The translations under genes and the position numbers were made by a program. 64,000 bases of DNA from assembly GCA_004764695.1 (NCBI GenBank), contig SMSO01000037.1, forward strand, positions 4,006,747 through 4,070,746, given 5' to 3'. Source of the DNA: Schizochytrium sp. TIO01 (Eukaryota; Protista; Bigyra: Labyrinthulomycetes). The first letter of the stretch is position 1; every line of letters starts with the position of its first letter. This document shows, one piece after another, positions 49,801 through 60,521 of the stretch. The notes under the pieces are model-generated. The model saw nothing but the letters and a program-made list of their open reading frames with translations, was not told the origin of the DNA and ran no database searches.

Positions 49801-52800
49801 CACGCACGCCATTCCCACCGCGAGTCAATAGATGTAGATGAGGAGTCTGCTTCCAATGACAGCATTGCTGAAGAACCGTTTAATCACTCTGTTCATGATG
49901 GAATTGACCCGAATTCTGAAGTCGAGGTTCACGACACGGAAGCATGCGAAGTGCATTCTCGCTCTTCTATTGATGAAGTTGTAACTGATTATTCGAAAAA
50001 GAGCGCTTCGATGTCTCAGCGATTGAGCGTCGATGAAGTTCATGAGAATGAAGACCATGCATCAGAGGACTCCGACTTTGGAGCTGGTGAGGATGGCAGT
50101 GAGTCGCATCGTTCCTCGCAGTCCAAAAACTTCGACAAATCTGAAGATAGTTTTCTTGACGATGAAATTACATATCAGCTTTCGGAGAACTTCAATCATC
50201 ACCCTACAGAGGTTGATGATACTGACAAACTTTCACATCACTCCGAGCATCAAAGTCGAAAGAGTAGCATTTCGCAAAAGTCTGAAAGGTCCTCTCCGGG
50301 ATCTACTTTACATCCCGGCCTGGATGAAAAGCTAAGATCAACTCGCTCTGACGATGACGATGATGATGATAATGATGATGATGATGATGATGATGCTGGT
50401 GCTGGTGCTGCTGATGCTGCTGGTGGTGCTGGTGGTGCTGGTGCTGGTGATGATGATGATGATGATGATGATGATGGTGGTGATGATGCTGCTGCTGGTG
50501 CTGGTGCTGCTGCTGCTGATGATGATGACGATGATGATGACGGTGATAAGGGCTCTCAGAATCCAGACGAGACAGGTTCTCAGGTTGATGCTATTGGAGA
50601 CGAAAAGAGTGAGCATTCGGAGTTAGTGTCCGATGAAGATGCTCTTGATAGAAAACAGGGGAATAATTCTTTATCGGAATCAGAAAATGATGCTCGGAGC
50701 ACGAGCACGAGCACGAATGCTTCACAACGCTCAAGTAGACTTGAAAAAAGTTCCCATCGAAGGAATGAAAAGGGCACAACTTCTCTGGATGAGCGAGAGA
50801 GAGATGGTAACGGTTTCAGCGAAGATGACAATATCTCTGAACGTTCGGGTCATAGCAACATGGTTTCTATTGATTCTGGGGGCAGGGACGAAGTTATTGA
50901 TGCACTTCCTCGGCATTCTGTTTCTAGCCATGAAGATGTTTCCCATCACGGTGACGTCGACGTTTCTAGCCAAGAGGATGTCTCCCACCAAAGTGACGTC
51001 AACGATGAGCATTCTCTCCATTCAAGGGAGACAAGTGATAGCGAAGCTGACACCCACAATGCAAAAGAGGAGGAAGACAGTTTACAAAACTCGGCCGCTG
51101 ATTCACGCCACCACTCAGTTGATTCTTCGTGCCATTCCTATTCTAGCAACGTCTCTGGAGCCCAGACGAAAACGTTTAGAGCCCAAAACACTGAAGCTTC
51201 AGTGCATTTGAATAGGGAACATTCTGTTTCCGAGCTTTCAGGACATGCTGATGATCTAAACCAACACTTAAATACATCTGTTGCACATGATGAGGACGTT
51301 GCATCCCATTGCTCAAATGATGATGTTCATAGCAAGGCAGAGACAGCTTCCCACTCTTCAGATCTCATAGAGAAAGACAGGGGTATAATTAGCTTGTCAG
51401 GTTCGCTTGACGATGCTCATGCCAGGTTGATTGGAAATCTTGATGCCGACCTAGAAAATATGGAAAGCCGCTCCCAATTCTCAGACCAAAGCAGGGCAGA
51501 ATTTTCGCACCACTCTGACGGAGTTCACAGTGTTTCAGAGCATAGTAAAGGTAGTGAGGAAAATGAACTTGCAAAGTCTAAACAAGATGAACGAGACTCT
51601 CAGCATTCAGAGAAGCGTCATCCCGATGAGCTCTCTAATGCCTCTGATGAAGACAATACTCAGACCAAAACCAGAAATCTCCCGGGGCAATCAAAATATA
51701 ATAATGTTCAGAGCGCGCAAAGGAAAGCCAGCATGGATCATTCAACTTCTGCTGGTGATTCAAGCGACGAGCACGATGAAAGCGATGATGAAGCTTCGCA
51801 GCTCGTTTGTGAGTCTGAGAGTTCCTCTAGTTCTCAGGTTAATCTTTCTACTCTCTCAAGCAAACCAGTTGAGACAGCAGGTAAGGAGTCAGCGCATGCT
51901 CATATGTCGAGCAAAGTGTCTTCCAGATCAGCTACCTCGCTTACTCTGGCGGAGGGGGTTGTAATAGAAGATGAAAAAGCAAGCAAACATATAAGATCCC
52001 CGACCAGTGTCCCTTCTGCTTCGAATACATCCTCTGAGCGCCCGAGCCCAATTGATACTGCTTCAAAGCCCAAGGTTGCGCCACCTCTCCCACCACGTTC
52101 TGTTCGCTCTACTGAGAGTTCTCCACATTCAACTGGTGGAAGTTCTTCTCCAAAAGATCAAGGCAGCATGTTTACAGCAGTGCCTCCAGGGCGCCCCGAA
52201 CGACCGCCATATAATCGAGCCAGCTCGGAACCTCTTCCTAGTGCACATGCCGCTTCTACAGAAGCGTCTGATCTAGGTAAAAGCAATCCTTTCGTCACTT
52301 CACAAAGAAAGATGGGATCTTCTATTTTGAGTCGCATTAATCGTTTACAAGAGCAACACAACAACTCCCATAGCTCACGCCGCGAGAGAAGGAAAAGTTT
52401 AATCATGCTCGAGGGTGCGGAGCTTCCCTCTGAAGAACCTGATGTTGCAGCTGCAAAGACGAACCAGCGCACAACTACTATTACATCGACGACGAAGGTT
52501 ATGAAGGAGCCAGCTGATAGTGGATCAGAACCCCTCTCAGGCGCTAGTCAGGAAGAGGAAGATGTTCTTGTCGTTAAGACAGAAGCAAGTATTCACGAAG
52601 ATGATCTTCTTGAGGGAGCAGAAGGCGCCCGATTGCGTTCCAGCTCACTTTCATTTCGTCAAACCTTGAACAAGTTTCAGAATGGATTTACAGGGAAGAA
52701 AACCACAGATGATGATGCCGACTCGCAATCTAGTGGTGGATGGTTTGCTGCTGAGGAGGATACTGCAAAATCCCAACCGCTTCCTAATAAAGGGCCTTCA

Positions 52801-53337
52801 GTTTCCGCCCAGAGCGTGATGTCTAAACCCTCTTGGCAGGGTCGTCCGAACTCCCCAGCGCAAACCATATCAACATCATCAAAGGAATCAATCACAACAG
52901 CACCAGTGCCTACTCCAGTAGCTCCTTCATCAACACCGGCCCTCGCCGTTAGCAAGCAGGTGAAGTCTTCTGCACCAGCAAAGATTGCTATTCCTCCACC
53001 AAAACCACGTAATGAAGAGTCACGTATCAAGTCAGCAAAACTAAAAAGGCCAAGCTGGCAGCCTTCATTTCGTATGGATGCGAAAGGAAATCTCTCCGTA
53101 TCATTGAGTGGTAATAAAGACTCCTGGGTGGACTTAGAAGGCGAAGAATGTAAGGCGCTTGCAGACGAGCAAGATGCAGAGTTTGAGGAGGAACTTGTTA
53201 AGAAAAGCACTGTGGAGTATACGGAGCCTGAGCGAGCTTGGATTCACAATCTTGAGGACCAAGAAGACTATTTGGACCTTGTAGAGGATCTTGTGTCTGA
53301 GATAGTAAATGGCGCAGCGACTTGGAAAGCTGCATAG
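46807..53337 (+). CDS. Two-WW-domain, very large acidic Ser/Asp/Glu/His-rich disordered protein (~2055-2067 aa); exon 1 46807-46864, exon 2 from 47191; one frame break near 48528
   Basis: Splicing G|GTAAGT (46865) to CCAACAG| (47190) gives MSSLDRSSAAAGKKKAQRLGNGWYAAYSEKHGRLYYFNTATNQRQWSEP (WW1), in frame with track ORF 47364, which carries WW2 (DWTQHWDDKHKRTYYYNARTGQSAWENP). Track ORFs 47364-48560 and 48475-53337 overlap in +1 frame and share composition. Confidence 0.85.
46865..47190 (+). other. Spliceosomal GT-AG intron (326 nt, phase 1)
   Basis: Consensus donor GTAAGT; branch-like aatgac just before cAG; removal completes the LGNGW start of a WW domain. Confidence 0.85.
50349..50546 (+). 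repeat. Coding compound trinucleotide repeat (GAT/GCT/GGT) encoding alternating poly-D and G/A blocks
   Basis: DDDDDDDNDDDDDDDAGAGAADAAGGAGGAGAGDDDDDDDDDGGDDAAAGAGAAAADDDDDDDD. Confidence 0.95.
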
Positions 53338-53575
53338 TTCAATTTTAATTCAATTTTCATAATGAAGATTCTAAAAAACTATGAAGATTCACTGAAACTC
53401 TCAAACATTTAGTTTTTTAAAGAAACTACTAACCGTTGTGGAGTATTTCACTCGAAGCGCAACTGAGTAGCTGCTACAATTAGAGAGTCGCACGCAGTCT
53501 TCTCTCGTGACTCGAGTTCCGAATTAAAAAGAATAAAGACTATATATTAAAAATCTGAAATTTTCATAAGGTACT

Positions 53576-56497
53576 CTACCGAAGGCCAGCTTCAACAATG
53601 CCATCCATTTGTTGTTTGAAGCGTTCAGAGAAGCGCATGCGAAGGGTCCGCAAACCTTCAAGCACATCATCTCGCATCTGCTTACTATTGCATTGAAGGT
53701 TGATACAGTACGGCATCTTGTGGTCCTTTCGACCCAACGTACATCCAAGGCGTGTACCACAGAGAGATAAACAAAAGTCGTCCTTTCCAGGTGGGATAAT
53801 GAAGGGATCAACTTTGTATAGAAAGTCATCAACAAATTCGAGAATTTTGTACTTGTCATGGGAACCCGCGAGAATAAGTTCAACAAAACGCAATTCCACG
53901 TACCGGTACCCTTCTTGGAGTACACTTCCGAAAGTGGGCTCCTGCCAATAGAGATTCTTGAATTCCGAATCAACAAACATGACCACTTGGTATGGGACCT
54001 CATCAGTTTCGTGGATAGTGAAAACAATGCCTTCCCGAAACAAGAGCTTGATTCGCTCACAAAGGTCATATGTTTTGCGGGTTTGGGGTTGCGACAAAAC
54101 CTCAAAAGCATTGGCAATCACAGTAAATCGCGACACGTCTGTACCAACACGGTTTTTATCCGGGTGGTATTCACGAGCAAGCTCACGATAGCGTTTTTTA
54201 ATCATTCCAGAACTTGCAGAGGGTTCCACGCCAAGAGCCTTGTAGTGAGCATTTACATCTTCGCCCTCTTCGGGACTTGAGGCTATATCTTCTCCGACGC
54301 GAGATGGTTCCATGTCATGCTGCCAGCCAGATGAGCGACGAGCAGCAGCCTTTTCGCGTCTCTTACGTTCCAGTGAAGTAGCATCCTGTTGGTCGTCAGC
54401 GACGCGAATATTATTCAAGATAGCAACATACCACTCGAGAGCCTTTGCTTTAGACCTAAGGCGAAGGCGATATACCCGCTTTGAGTTTTCGCACTGCAAA
54501 CGAATTTCAAATTTACCCTTGTTCGAAATTCTTGTACTACGTAGAACGACTAGTTCAGCTCGAGCTCCTTTTAATGTAATCATGCGGGAAGTTTGGCCTT
54601 GTTTGATATATGAGAGAATTGGCCCAGCAAGGATAAAATAGCGGTTCCGCCAACGGCTAAACCGCTTATATTCAGGTGGAGACTTATACATGGGGCCTTG
54701 CATAGATAGCATCGAACGATCTTTGGCTTTTTGTTTCTGGGATTGTTGTTTAGCAACGGCAGACAGTTGTGTAGAAGATCGCATAGAAGAGAAAACAGGT
54801 TTGCTTGATACAGAACTTGATGGTGAAAGGGCCTGTTCACGGCTTGAGGCTCCTCGTGCACCAAATTTTCGCTTTGATGCTTGTTGCTGCTTCAGCGTTG
54901 AAATAATTTCTTCTTCCTCGTCTCCACTCAATAAGAGTAAATGGTCACTAACATGGCGTGTGAGATTTACACCCATGGGGATTTTCTGCCTTCTGCGGGG
55001 GGACGGGGGTCTAGCTGTGGTCGACACAGGAGCTGGGACAGAGTTAGATGTTGGTATAGAAGCGGACTTTACCTGGTTGGACGCTGATGTTGAATTTTTA
55101 GCATCTTCGTTATCATCTTGGTCTCCAGAGCTTCCCCAAGCATCACCACTATCATCATCTTCCTCCTCTTCTACCTCGACTTTAAGCTGTGTACTGATAA
55201 TACCCCCAATGCGGTCCCCGAGGCTGGGCGTAGCAGGTTTGTGACCGGGCTTACGTTGCTTTCGTGCAGCTGAGTTAGCAGCCGTAGCAGCAGTAGGAGC
55301 AGCAGCCGGTGCTCGATCTGAGGAAGCAGAGACTTCTGTAGCCCCGGAGACGACCACAGCACCTGTAGACTCTGACCCAGGCTTCAACTTAGGAGCTGGT
55401 GCAGCCGAGGTCACTACACCAGTATTTGTTGGAGCCGGGTCAACTGCTGAGGGGGGATCAACTTCTGGTAAAATCGGGACTGCAGATGCTAGCACCACCC
55501 CAGAAGTCGGTGCAGATACTGCAGAGGTTTTTGCTGCTGGAGTGTTTGCTGCTGTAAATGCTACGTCAGACTCTGCTCCCTTTTCTTCATTTTCTTCAAA
55601 ATCGGGGAGAGGGCCAAGACTAGGACGAAGACCTGTGGTTGCTTCGTGATCCTCTTGCCATCCATTTTCAATTCTTTTCTGAAGGACTGCAATCCGTTTC
55701 ATGAACGGGGGGACTTCGTTAAAGCGGCCTTCATCCTGAAGTTTTAGGACTTGATTCATAAGCTTGTCAAGTTCTTCACGTTGCTTTGAGTATTCGGCAT
55801 TTTGTTGGCGCTTGCGAGATCGCACGCTACGCCGAGCTGTCGCATTAGAAGAACGTGTTGCACGACTAGAATAGGATGCTACAGAGAGACCCGAGCTAGT
55901 TACTGTTGGAACCACAGGCATGGGTGCCATCTTGCGCCGAGGGCTTGTAGATTTGCGGAACCGATCCGGGGTCTTCCCACTACCAAAGACAGAAACCGGC
56001 GAGCCGCCAGAAAACGCAGTTGAAGTTCCGGACCGGAACGTTGACATTCCATCCTTGAAAGTAGATGTGGCATCTGTACTGAAGTCATCACTTGTTGAAG
56101 AGGATGACGAGTCTGCAGATCGAAGGGTGCGCATTGCTCGCGAGGATGTCGCTGTGGTCTGTGCAGAATTTAATGCAGAGTAGGCATCACTATTTGGTGA
56201 GCTGATTTCCAATTTGGCTGGTTTGGACACTGTATGTCTGGATGTGTGTTTTGTGACTTGGTTTTTGCGCGCCTCGGCCCAATTAAGCGTATTGTGAATC
56301 CAGTCTGAGTCCAAAGCTCCTGAGCCTAAGGAAGATTTGCTGTTGTACTTGAACGATGCGGTAGGTCGTGTGGAATTAGTGGCAACCGTCGCTGGTCTTG
56401 AATACACGGAAGACGATGCAACGCTAACGCCACTATTGAACCCAGACGTATGTCTTGGAAATCCAACACCACCTGTGGCGGCATTTCCTGAGTACAT
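53576..56497 (-). CDS. DnaJ-domain protein with a PH domain and a C-terminal PH-like domain (973 aa)
   Basis: PH: QGPMYKSPPEYKRFSRWRNRYFILAGPILSY...ALEWYVAIL. J-domain: HYKALGV...IKKRYRELAREYHPDKN...IANAFEVLS...RKTYD. C-terminal PLC/Mcp5-type PH-like region: LFREGIVF...LYWQ...FCLSL...INLQCNSKQMRDDVLEGLRTL. Long Ser/Pro/Ala-rich N-terminal half with a UVR-like helical hairpin. Confidence 0.9.
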   Translation of the reverse strand: MYSGNAATGGVGFPRHTSGFNSGVSVASSSVYSRPATVATNSTRPTASFKYNSKSSLGSGALDSDWIHNTLNWAEARKNQVTKHTSRHTVSKPAKLEISSPNSDAYSALNSAQTTATSSRAMRTLRSADSSSSSTSDDFSTDATSTFKDGMSTFRSGTSTAFSGGSPVSVFGSGKTPDRFRKSTSPRRKMAPMPVVPTVTSSGLSVASYSSRATRSSNATARRSVRSRKRQQNAEYSKQREELDKLMNQVLKLQDEGRFNEVPPFMKRIAVLQKRIENGWQEDHEATTGLRPSLGPLPDFEENEEKGAESDVAFTAANTPAAKTSAVSAPTSGVVLASAVPILPEVDPPSAVDPAPTNTGVVTSAAPAPKLKPGSESTGAVVVSGATEVSASSDRAPAAAPTAATAANSAARKQRKPGHKPATPSLGDRIGGIISTQLKVEVEEEEDDDSGDAWGSSGDQDDNEDAKNSTSASNQVKSASIPTSNSVPAPVSTTARPPSPRRRQKIPMGVNLTRHVSDHLLLLSGDEEEEIISTLKQQQASKRKFGARGASSREQALSPSSSVSSKPVFSSMRSSTQLSAVAKQQSQKQKAKDRSMLSMQGPMYKSPPEYKRFSRWRNRYFILAGPILSYIKQGQTSRMITLKGARAELVVLRSTRISNKGKFEIRLQCENSKRVYRLRLRSKAKALEWYVAILNNIRVADDQQDATSLERKRREKAAARRSSGWQHDMEPSRVGEDIASSPEEGEDVNAHYKALGVEPSASSGMIKKRYRELAREYHPDKNRVGTDVSRFTVIANAFEVLSQPQTRKTYDLCERIKLLFREGIVFTIHETDEVPYQVVMFVDSEFKNLYWQEPTFGSVLQEGYRYVELRFVELILAGSHDKYKILEFVDDFLYKVDPFIIPPGKDDFCLSLCGTRLGCTLGRKDHKMPYCINLQCNSKQMRDDVLEGLRTLRMRFSERFKQQMDGIVEAGLR

Positions 56498-59400
56498 TTG
56501 CTTTGCCCTATTCCCAAAACTGAAGAGCTAATTTTGTAGTGTCAGCGCGTGCACAGAAACTCCAATCTGGGGTACCTAGAAAAGACCCAACCTTCGAGCC
56601 CTTTTAAATTTTACAAGATTCAAACAAAATAAATTCACAGCAGTCTTAGCAATTCCTGATTTCTGCCTCGGTTCCAGATTAGTTTGTTTTTCAACTTGTC
56701 CCAGCTTTTGAGCAGATAATTGGTATGACTAAAGACTGGCTTCTGCTTACTTATTAGTGGTTCGCCGTGGCAAAAGGTCAAGCGGGCCCAGAGACCTTCA
56801 CGCAAGACAGTCAGCAGTAAGCTACAGCACAACAAACGCCCAGGGTCCACAACTCAAAAGTTTCTGGAGAAAAGGTGCTCGCTCGCAGAAATAACGAGAT
56901 GCTGCGGAATGGATTGAACGAAATCAGTCTAAGCGAGAAAGAGAATCGCCACGACAGACGCTCGCTCTCCTGGCCTATAATAAGAGTACCGGTGCGACTG
57001 AGCCTTTACGACACCCGAAGCAAGTCCAAAGGGATCCGCGTCGGAGGCTTGTCTTCGGTGGCCGCCCTGGCGCCACGCGACTCGGCGTCGCCGCGGCGCA
57101 ATACTTTAAAGTGGACTCTGCCTTCTTAGTAGTGCCTCTGCTTTCGCGTGCGCGCCTGCTCCTGAGGGAACTAGAAAAGTAAAGTTACTAATTAGTAACA
57201 GTACGATAACCATTTTTTATTAATTATTTTTATTGATTTGTGTGTCTAATTAGAGAATAATAACAATGATAGGGAATTAAAAAATAAAATAAAAAACAGA
57301 AAGGACATTTTTAAAATAATCTCTAGAAGCTCTATTTATGACTGATGTGGAGGTGGAGGTATGGGCTAAATCTCAAGCTTGAGATGATTCCACCTAGTCT
57401 CAGAGAGTTTATAATTGGACTTGGCTTAGAATCGTTGTCATTCATGTTTATTGTTTGATTGTTTTGTTTTTTTCAGATCCGAGCGTTAACTTTCGCTTGA
57501 AGATGATTGAGTGTTTTTGCTTTCAAAGGTGTAAATGAATAGATAGTACCTAGGTCTACTCACAGTTTTAATTGTAATTTAAAAATAAATAAATATAAAT
57601 ATACCGCCCTATATAATATATACTTTCGCTCAATTGACAGCACGTTTTCACCAAAAAGAGAAGCATCACCTCACAAACCAGCATGTTGACTCGAAAATCC
57701 AAGCACCTTCCTTAATACGCAGCCGTATGCGGGCGTCCATAGCCTATATTACTTGTCCTCATAGGCGCGAAGCGGGGGCGCGTGTACCTTCCTACTTGCC
57801 TTTTAATTCGAGGAAAGAGAGGACTTGACGAAAAGAAAACGTTGTTTTTTATTTTAAAATAAATAAATAAAGAACAAAAAAACTTGACTAAAACCGACTT
57901 GAAGCCTCGAGCGAATTACCTTATTCGTTTGCCTCTCTTTAACTGCCAAAGCTTTACCTCATGCGTGCCCTTCTTTTCTCGAATTTGATTCAACCGTAGT
58001 TCTAAAGTTAGGGGACCTCATTTTTGCGTTGCTGTCAGTTGGTCGCGCACTTTTCTGCAAGTGCCGCTTTAAAACTGTTATTTTAAATAACTGTACCCTA
58101 AGTCCAGATCCAGAATTATGCAAGCTCGAAGACAAGGCGACTGCTTGACAAACAACCACGACCTTCGTGCATATCCGCATCTTGCCTCACACGACCTGAG
58201 TAAAGTCGGTTTAAAGAAGCTGGCGTCGTGACCATTGTGCCATCTAAAATAAATATGAAATTGTTTGTAGCTACCTGAAAAAAAATGTGAACTAAAACCA
58301 ACCATTGCTCGTGCGTCCCAGCAGCACGTGCGTAAAGAGGGATTTGGAAAAGCTGAAGGACTTTCTCAAGCTCTCGGATTTAGACGCCAAACCTGGATAA
58401 CTATTCTGGGGTACTTTGCTGTAGTCTGTGATGGATGACTCATCTAGAATTGAGTTCCTGTACTATGCAGTGTCATATGTGTCATGTTTGAACCCTGCCA
58501 AACATTCGAACCCTTTCAACCTAAATGCCAATAATCATGGGCCCTTCATACGAACTCTTAATGATCATTGATCATGATCATGGTCATCCCTAGGTGTGTG
58601 CTAAGTATATAAGGCTAAAGTCTTTATAAACACGGTCGCGTCGCTGCAGTCACATTAGCAAGGGAAAAGGGGCGTATCCATTTTCAGCGTGAAGGAAGTT
58701 TTGGACAGACCGGTTACTTGAAATGGTAATTGTACTTCGCCACAGCTTCTTCTCCATCGCAGAGTAGCATATAATTGGCATATGCGATGGCATAACGTTG
58801 AGATTTTAGTCAAGCTCGCTGATTGTATACAAGAGGTCCCGATGCCAGCAAGTGTATCGTTTATTTATCGCAGGTTCTTCTAAACGAACTTCTTTTCCAA
58901 ATGTTCTGTGATAGAAAGCATGTGCTGCTTGATCTTAGATGGTTCATAGAGACAAACGAGTTATTATACACAACACATCTTTCGCGAACTGAGTTTGAGG
59001 GGAGTTGGGACTGTATAAACCAGCGAGAAGCTAGCCCTGTTCTCTTAAGGCGGGGTTCCCTCAAGTACCCGGTGTTTCTACTGGCACCACAGCAGAAGCA
59101 ATATATTCACAAGCTAGATGTCAGGGGTTGATTGCTGGAACAGCTAATGTATCGCTCTCAAACTTTGAATCGTCTATGCGTGGTGTCATGTATCTACTTG
59201 GTTGCTACTGCTATCTTGCAAAATCTAGTCTGGGCATTCTCCTGCAAAATTATAAATGTCCTCGGGCAACCAGCAGCACTCATTCACTAACCAGGATGTA
59301 TATTAGAGTCGATGGTATACATTACAGTAATAACGATGACTGACAGCAATGGTGAGAATTCAAAGAGGGTCTTCCATAGCGAATCTGTCGTCATAGTCTG

Positions 59401-60269
59401 CAATTTGACTTTGCAAATTCCAACTTTTATTTACCATTCAAGTCTGGCAGCACCGAACGAACGAAAATCGACCAGTGGAGTGAGGAAGCAGGAGAAGAGG
59501 GCTCCCAGCAAGTCGCCTTCCAACACTCCGAACGCAGACTACCCTTTGATCTTGCTTACAGCAAGTTCAAGATATTGTTTTGTATTTCTTAGTACTACCA
59601 GCCCTCGCACATTTCGCTTCTTGCCAGAATAGAGTCATAATTTTAGAAATTGTTGAAAACAGAGAAATAAGAGTAGTGCTAAATGATTTACGCGTATGTG
59701 CAATGTTTTTTCACTTTCAAACAAAAAACTTCTTTGCCTCCCTTTCAAAGTTAAAAAGACATCGTCGTAATAGCTGTACCCACATAGTGTCCTACTTTTT
59801 AAAGTGGAAAAAGCACTATCACGAAAATGAAAATGTGCGAGCAAGCCCAGTCTCTCGCTTCTGCCGCGCTTGGTCCCATAGGGCTGGCTAGCTGCCTCGT
59901 CTTCCTCCCTTAGGCTTGTGCACAAAGAATTCACCCTCGCCTGCACCGCTCCATCGCTCTCCACCCGAATGACATGAATCCCACCTATCAAGCAAGACAT
60001 TCATCGCGAGAATGAGCAATCAATCAACCAATCCATCCCACTCTTTATTTAAAATCTCTTTTCTTTTATTGGACTCCATCAATCTCGCTCCGCGACGTTG
60101 GAACATTTGGAACTGATTATCAAACTGATCCACTGTACTACAGGTATGTAAATGGTACAATAGTAATCAGTATCTAACTCAATAGCGCACCATGCTAGGG
60201 GAGCCAGTACTATAGAGTAAATAAGACGGAACGACTTTATAGAGCTTGGTACAGTGGAACAAAATTTAG

Positions 60270-60392
60270 GTAAGTAGAGTGAATTGTTATACAAGTAGAG
60301 CAAAGGCAAAGAAGAAGAGGGCTCTTTCTTTCCAGTTATCTCTTTCTGTTTTGAGTGTCGAGTTCGTTGTTTTTTTAAATTTCATTATGCAG
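60270..60392 (+). other. Putative 5'-UTR intron of the GTPase gene
   Basis: AG|GTAAGT donor at 60270; T-rich body; ttcattatgcAG acceptor at 60392, 130 nt before the ATG. Confidence 0.55.
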
Positions 60393-60521
60393 AATGAAAT
60401 CGCAGCTCGCAAGCGCTGGGAAGGCGTGATTGCGGCGAGTAAGCGCAAAAGCTCCGCGGCGGGGGCTTTGAGGTAGCATTCGTGGAAGCTTTGCGGAAAT
60501 CTTACTGCACCACCGACCGGC

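Noticed and set aside
50338-56531. Antisense and alternate-frame ORFs inside the large genes (e.g. 50633-51211, 52677-53210, 53524-54117, 54690-55244)
   Set aside because: Expected shadows of biased coding sequence; no independent motifs.
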